A DNA stretch of 39,750 nt, from contig RBNJ01000135.1 in the NCBI GenBank assembly GCA_003990765.1, positions 1 through 39,750 on the forward strand. Reading direction: 5' to 3'. The DNA is from Jimgerdemannia flammicorona. Lineage: Eukaryota. Numbering within the stretch: position 1 is the stretch's first letter; every line of letters starts with the position of its first letter. The position numbers were made by a program, and so were the translations under genes. This document shows, piece by piece, positions 34,839 to 39,750 of the stretch. The notes under the pieces are model-generated. The model saw only the letters and a program-made list of their open reading frames with translations. It did no database searches and had not been told where the DNA came from.

Positions 34839-35469
34839 CACTATGTCGCCAAAATAGGTGAGGTCCGCGAAGACTCCACCCAGTCATGTGAATTCCCAAA
34901 TAGGGACATTTAAGCGACCTAAAAAATCCTTTTGCCGATTTACATCCCTTTCCACATAGTAATCCACAGTCAAAAAGTGGTTATAAACTCGTAAATAAAA
35001 GCCAAGAATGTGCTTGCACAAGTTGCATTTGTATTGCTACCCTCACCATGGAGATCTGACATTTGTCGATTTTCGCGCGGCCGATCGACATTGGCGTTGC
35101 TTGTTTTGGATTTGGTGTCGTCACCGACACTCGCTAACAAATAAAGAGTGGAGTCGAGTGCCTAAGTAGCCCACTTTGTCCGCATGAAATACCAAAAATC
35201 TGGCTCGTATAATCTCCGGTCTTGAATCTGCCAGCCTGTCTCTTTTATCATCTATATATATTCATTGACTAATACTATAAACTATGTAAGAGTTGCCATG
35301 TTAGCTTTATGGAAGGGGCTCATAAAACCGTTCAGCTTGTGTAGAATTGCAAAGGAGCCTCACGTTATCTTAAATGAGATGCATCTACGTATCCCTGCCT
35401 ATTTAAGCTCGGTAGGTTATGATACACAACCCAGAGGGTCGTAATCCATGCTCGCAACCCTCCAATCAT

Positions 35470-35656
35470 TTGCGCTTCTTCTCGACCTCGCCTTTACCTC
35501 TGCCTCATATAGCTGGTACTCCCACCTGACCATGTTGGATATATATTGCGTGAGTCGCGGAGTTAGAAAGACTTGTCCCAAGAGTGCTGGACCGCCCATG
35601 AGGACCAACCATGCGGGTGGATAAGGTGTACCAGAAGACCGCAAAGAAAATACCAA
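35470..35656 (-). pseudogene. C-terminal fragment of dolichyl-pyrophosphate phosphatase (DOLPP1/CAX4-like), frameshifted
   Basis: After an acceptor ending at 35657, three frames join to give GIFFAVFWYTL / IHPHGWSSWAVQHSWDKSF*LRDSRNI / SNMVRWEYQLYEAEVKARSRR. This resembles the DOLPP1 C-terminal IRD...PNVLWFEY...AEARNR motif as I recall it. No PAP2 catalytic exons are visible upstream. Confidence 0.55.
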
Positions 35657-38301
35657 CTAATCGATGAACAAAAAGAAAATAGAAATATTATACTTGGAAT
35701 CGTTGAGTCGCATAGTGGCGATGAACAATAATTGGAGAAATTGAAATGAATGGATGTGATGGATAAAATGTCAGTCTAGACAAATGAACATTTAAGATAC
35801 GTGTGATAGAGTGCATTTACAACACTCCACCCTTCAGCGGATCATTCTGAATATTCAAGTTAATTAACAACCTCACAATATACTTAAAAAAAAAAACCAG
35901 TTATGAAAATATAATATACCAGGCAGTTTGATATTGATGGGATTAAATTCGCCCATTTGGTAATGATGGATAAATGTGCAGAAGAAGCACCACGTTCTCA
36001 GAACAGAATCCCATCCAGAATGTCCTCAGCTTCTGAATAAAGGCGACCAATGTAGAGAACCAGCTATCAGGGTCGCAGGTGATGTCGTCAGGCTTCCCGT
36101 TGCGGAGATCATTGCCGTCTTTTCCATTGAAATTTTTGAATTTCGGTTCGGAGGTCAACTTGATACCAAATGTCGAGATATTTGCAAATCTAAAGCAGTT
36201 TCTATTAAAATGGTATACAATTGAGAGATGAGAGAAAGAATTTTGTGAGATATTTGTTTTTGCTCATCAAAAAAAAAAAAACCCCCCCGAGATGTTCTAA
36301 TAATATTATTTATCGTTACTGCAATCTTTCGACTGACATATAAGCCTATATCCCTGTACTGCTTTCTGCTTATTTATGGTCAGTACTTACCAGCATTCCG
36401 GATCCTGCATAATATGGCGATTGTAAACTTCTTGACGCTGGCCGTGTCTTGTTGCCGAAGGTGATGGTGAGATTTCGCGATGCCGATGCTAAGCTTTACG
36501 ACGTTGTGTGCACCATGTGCCGGCGACGAGCTAGTCTGAGCAGAGGACCGTGACGACATTTTGGGACAGTTGAAAGAGCCTCTCCTTCTCCGATGCATCC
36601 CATCCATCAAGAATGTGCAGCAGTGGTCGACGCATTGTGCTTAATACATCTTTGAAGAGTTTCATGCTGCTGTGGGAAGCAGTTCATTATGAATTTTAAA
36701 TCTGAGTGTAATGCGTACTAAGTGACAAACATACGACTTCAACTTGCACTCACCTTATCGCAGATCCATAATCCAGCTATTGTATTGGTGGCTTATCACC
36801 CTCCGCGAAATAAACGTCTGTGCCCATGGCCATGAGCAATTGCACCTTGCGCATGTTCTTCTCATTCCGTCGATCCACCTGTGAATGCGCTATTTTTGAT
36901 TTTGTTTGAAGGCAAATGTATGAGTGTCATACATAATTTGGAGACAAAATATGTTCCAGCCCTTTTCACCTTCCCGATTGACAAATGACCTAATACCAAA
37001 CGCCAACAGCCTATTCACCTGCTTACAATTTTTCCACCTCACCGACGCTCCTTGATATGCTAAGCACCGCAACCCTTACTGAGCCCTCATTGTCATGGTA
37101 ATTAGCAACATTGATCTGCTTTTTGTAGTCGGAATGCCAGCAGCATCAGAATATTTGTATGTGGGGAACTGCATTGTGTGTTCGAGAAGAATGAAATGAG
37201 TTCACAAAAAATGCTGATTTCATTGCCCGATCATTCCATCCAAGTCCTGCTCAAACAGAGCCAACCACATATGATCTTCGGCACAAGTTGTTGTGGTTGA
37301 GCGCTACATACTTGACGCCTGACGTTAGCGCTTCTGCCGAGTGGGACCGTTTGTGACTTGAGGTTGCAGAGCGGACCGACCTTGACGAAAGGTTTTCTTG
37401 ACGGCTCAGCCTCAGGCCACCGTGCGTATAGATGGTTTGTTTCTGGCTGACGTGGACGTCGCTGACGGCTGCGTTTTGGGTTTCCGACTCGACGTAGCTA
37501 TTGTCTGTTTGGTGGGCTTGTCGACGGTTGCCTCGTGGCATCCTCCTCATCAACAATAGTGCGCTAGGGGTGCTGACTGAGCACGGACATTTTTTGCGTT
37601 GTTCAGGATAATGTTACCCTGTGCTGGTCTTTCTAAAGGGAACTGTGCGAGTCCACTGTCCGGACACCTGCTTCACCTGGGAGCCCAGGAAGAATGCGTG
37701 GTGGTGCATGTTACGCTCAGTAGGATGTTGAGGGTTTGGACCTGTGTACTGGAGCACGTTATGTTTCGATTCGAGATTCAATAAGGCATCGCGATGGTTC
37801 CAATTCAATAAGAATAAGCATCATGACTCACTATGGATAGGTTCGGAAGGTCGGGTGAAACCTTGGAAGTCGACCAAGTTAATGTAATCTGCGTCGTGTA
37901 TGATTAGATTTATTTTTTCGCGGTATGTTGTCTAGCTTCGATCTGGATAGTAGCTTTTTGCTTCATCTCTAATTTGTCACTCGTATACCATCACCGTGCG
38001 ATTCAACGTTACGCCAACCATTCCAGGTATGATATCTTTTTTTTTTTTTTTTTGAATTCCAAAAAAGATTCCGCGGTGTACAATCAAGGCCGAGCTCGAA
38101 ATATATAGGCGTACATCAATTCCACGTTGTGGTACCGGATGTTCTACGACGAGCTTGAACACCAAAACTACAAGACGGTGAAGTACGACGGAGGGAAGGA
38201 TGTCAACAACCTAAATGACGTTGAGCGCGAGGGCCGAACCCTATTGAACATCAAGCAGATGTTCAAGATATTCCTCCAGGGTTTTGCTGAAGACTGCATA
38301 T

Positions 38302-39650
38302 CTATGGCAATACACTAGGTTTAATGAATCCTTGTTCTAGGAGTTCATCAACCTCTTTCTTGAGTGCATCAATTTCTCTAAGAGATATATGGTAGATTGA
38401 CTTGAAAGTTAGCTTGACACCTGATATATATAGTCTTGATTGTATGGTCAACTGCTTGTTTGAGTGATAGATTTTTAGAAAGTTTCTTTGGGAATATATT
38501 TTAAAATTTCTGGAGTAGGGGTCTGATATGACTGTCAACTTTGGAAAAGTCTTCTTCAAGATTCTCAGATTCTTCTTTGGATGAATGTATGGAGATAGCA
38601 AAGTGAGAGCATTTCTTTGCTAATTTCTTGAGTTGTAATTTATTGATATGGATAATCTTTGGATCAAAGTTGCTAGAGCTGAGTGAGTCTCTTTTGTCTT
38701 GCTGTTTGAAATTATAGCATTATTTCTTAATGATCAAAGAATGGTTCACCTAATCTATCATAAGGTTTTCTTATTTTAACTATAATATTCTAAGAATGAT
38801 CTTATTATCTGAGAGTAATATGATTTAAAGAGTAATATATACTTAATAGTCACTAATTCTGAAGAGTAAGTTGTAGACTTTCTTACTAATAATGTATAAG
38901 ATTCTATTGGTAATAGTAATTACTTCAGTTTATTGTACTGGAGAGATTAGGACTTTAAGTCTATTGACTATCTCTTTATTAATAAAATTATCTGAGATAT
39001 CATTATCTATCATAATCTTAATAGGGGCTTAATTAACAAAAGCTTATAAGATAAGTAGTTTGTCTAATTCAATAGTAGTAATTTTAATTATAGAAGGCTT
39101 CTTTATATTAGCTCTTTATTGGGCTAATTTGTTGATATATGAGAAGTAATCATTAATTATTTAGAAAGAGTATATTCCAATACTATAGAGATATTAGTTA
39201 TTAAATATAAATCTATCTTTGATTTTCCTATAGAATTATTCCTCCTTATTTGTAGTAAGTTGAGCTAGAGCTTTGTTTGATAAGCTAAATCCTTTAGATT
39301 CTCAGATAGTAGATAGTAGTTTAGGGACTTTCTTAACTTTCAGAGTCAACTCAATTTTCTTGAATAGGATCTGGGTAATATAGTAATCAATAGAGATCTT
39401 AAATAGTATCCAACTATAGTTCCTGATAAGGATAATAATTTTGCCTATATAATCTTCATTAATGACTCCTTCTTCTACTGAGAGTTTTTTTTAATACTAG
39501 ACTACTATAACAACATATCCTTCTAATATATCCTTTAGGAATTTGAATACTGATTTCTATATAGACTTGCTTGACTTCTCAGTAGAAAACTATAGTCTCT
39601 TTAGCTATATCCCTTTGTCTGTAGATAAGATCGTCTTTTAAAATCATTTA
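38302..39650 (-). mobile_element. Hypermutated Ty3/gypsy LTR-retrotransposon relic (probable gag end - aspartic protease - start of RT)
   Basis: SIYHISLREIDALKKEVDELLEQGFIKPSVLP* is the Ty3 RT entry motif (PYR.S..E...LK..LDELL..GFI.PS.SP). About 38965-39030 reads APIKIMIDNDISDNFINKEIV, a decayed D[ST]G...NFI protease site. The relic is truncated at about 38300 and no LTR is recognisable. Confidence 0.8.
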
Positions 39651-39750
39651 GCAGACAAATTAAAGTTTGAAAAAAATGATTTTTTTGAAACATTGTTTTT
39701 CTGTTAAAAATATATCTCAATTTGTTTAAAAACAAAAAAAAAAAAATTTG

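Noticed and set aside
36540-36665. LLHILDGWD as a NACHT Walker B, i.e. a second NLR
   Set aside because: There is no upstream Walker A or other NACHT motif and a stop follows soon after; one short motif is insufficient.

Overview
Eukaryotic, intron-rich genomic DNA with GT-AG introns of about 70-125 nt. Gene families and intron style suggest a fungus, probably an early-diverging Mucoromycota-type lineage; this is inference only. I spliced genes by hand, and the coding exons of each intact gene add up to whole codons. From left to right: (1) a ZZ-zinc-finger AAA+ ATPase gene with a frameshifting deletion inside its Walker A motif; (2) an NLR-like gene on the minus strand encoding a CHAT caspase-like protease, a STAND/NB-ARC NTPase, and, instead of TPR/WD/ANK repeats, a catalytically dead protein-kinase domain spread over nine small exons that the ORF track largely misses; (3) a full-length but dead L1/Tx1-type LINE with a 17-bp TSD, inserted in what was a ~500-bp divergent promoter; (4) a 110-aa ubiquitin/UBX-like gene; (5) a ~1300-aa SPRY + beta-propeller + TRP-like channel gene; (6) two ~1.2-kb direct repeats bracketing a cassette that holds a coiled-coil GrpE/MIEAP-like gene and two head-to-head HSPA12-type Hsp70 genes; (7) a mosaic of gene fragments including a DOLPP1/CAX4 piece; (8) a hypermutated Ty3/gypsy relic and several AT-rich relics with transition-dominated decay. 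The best candidate for an undescribed system is the CHAT-STAND-pseudokinase NLR paired head-to-head with the Ubl and SPRY-TRP genes, inside what looks like a fungal immune/conflict island.
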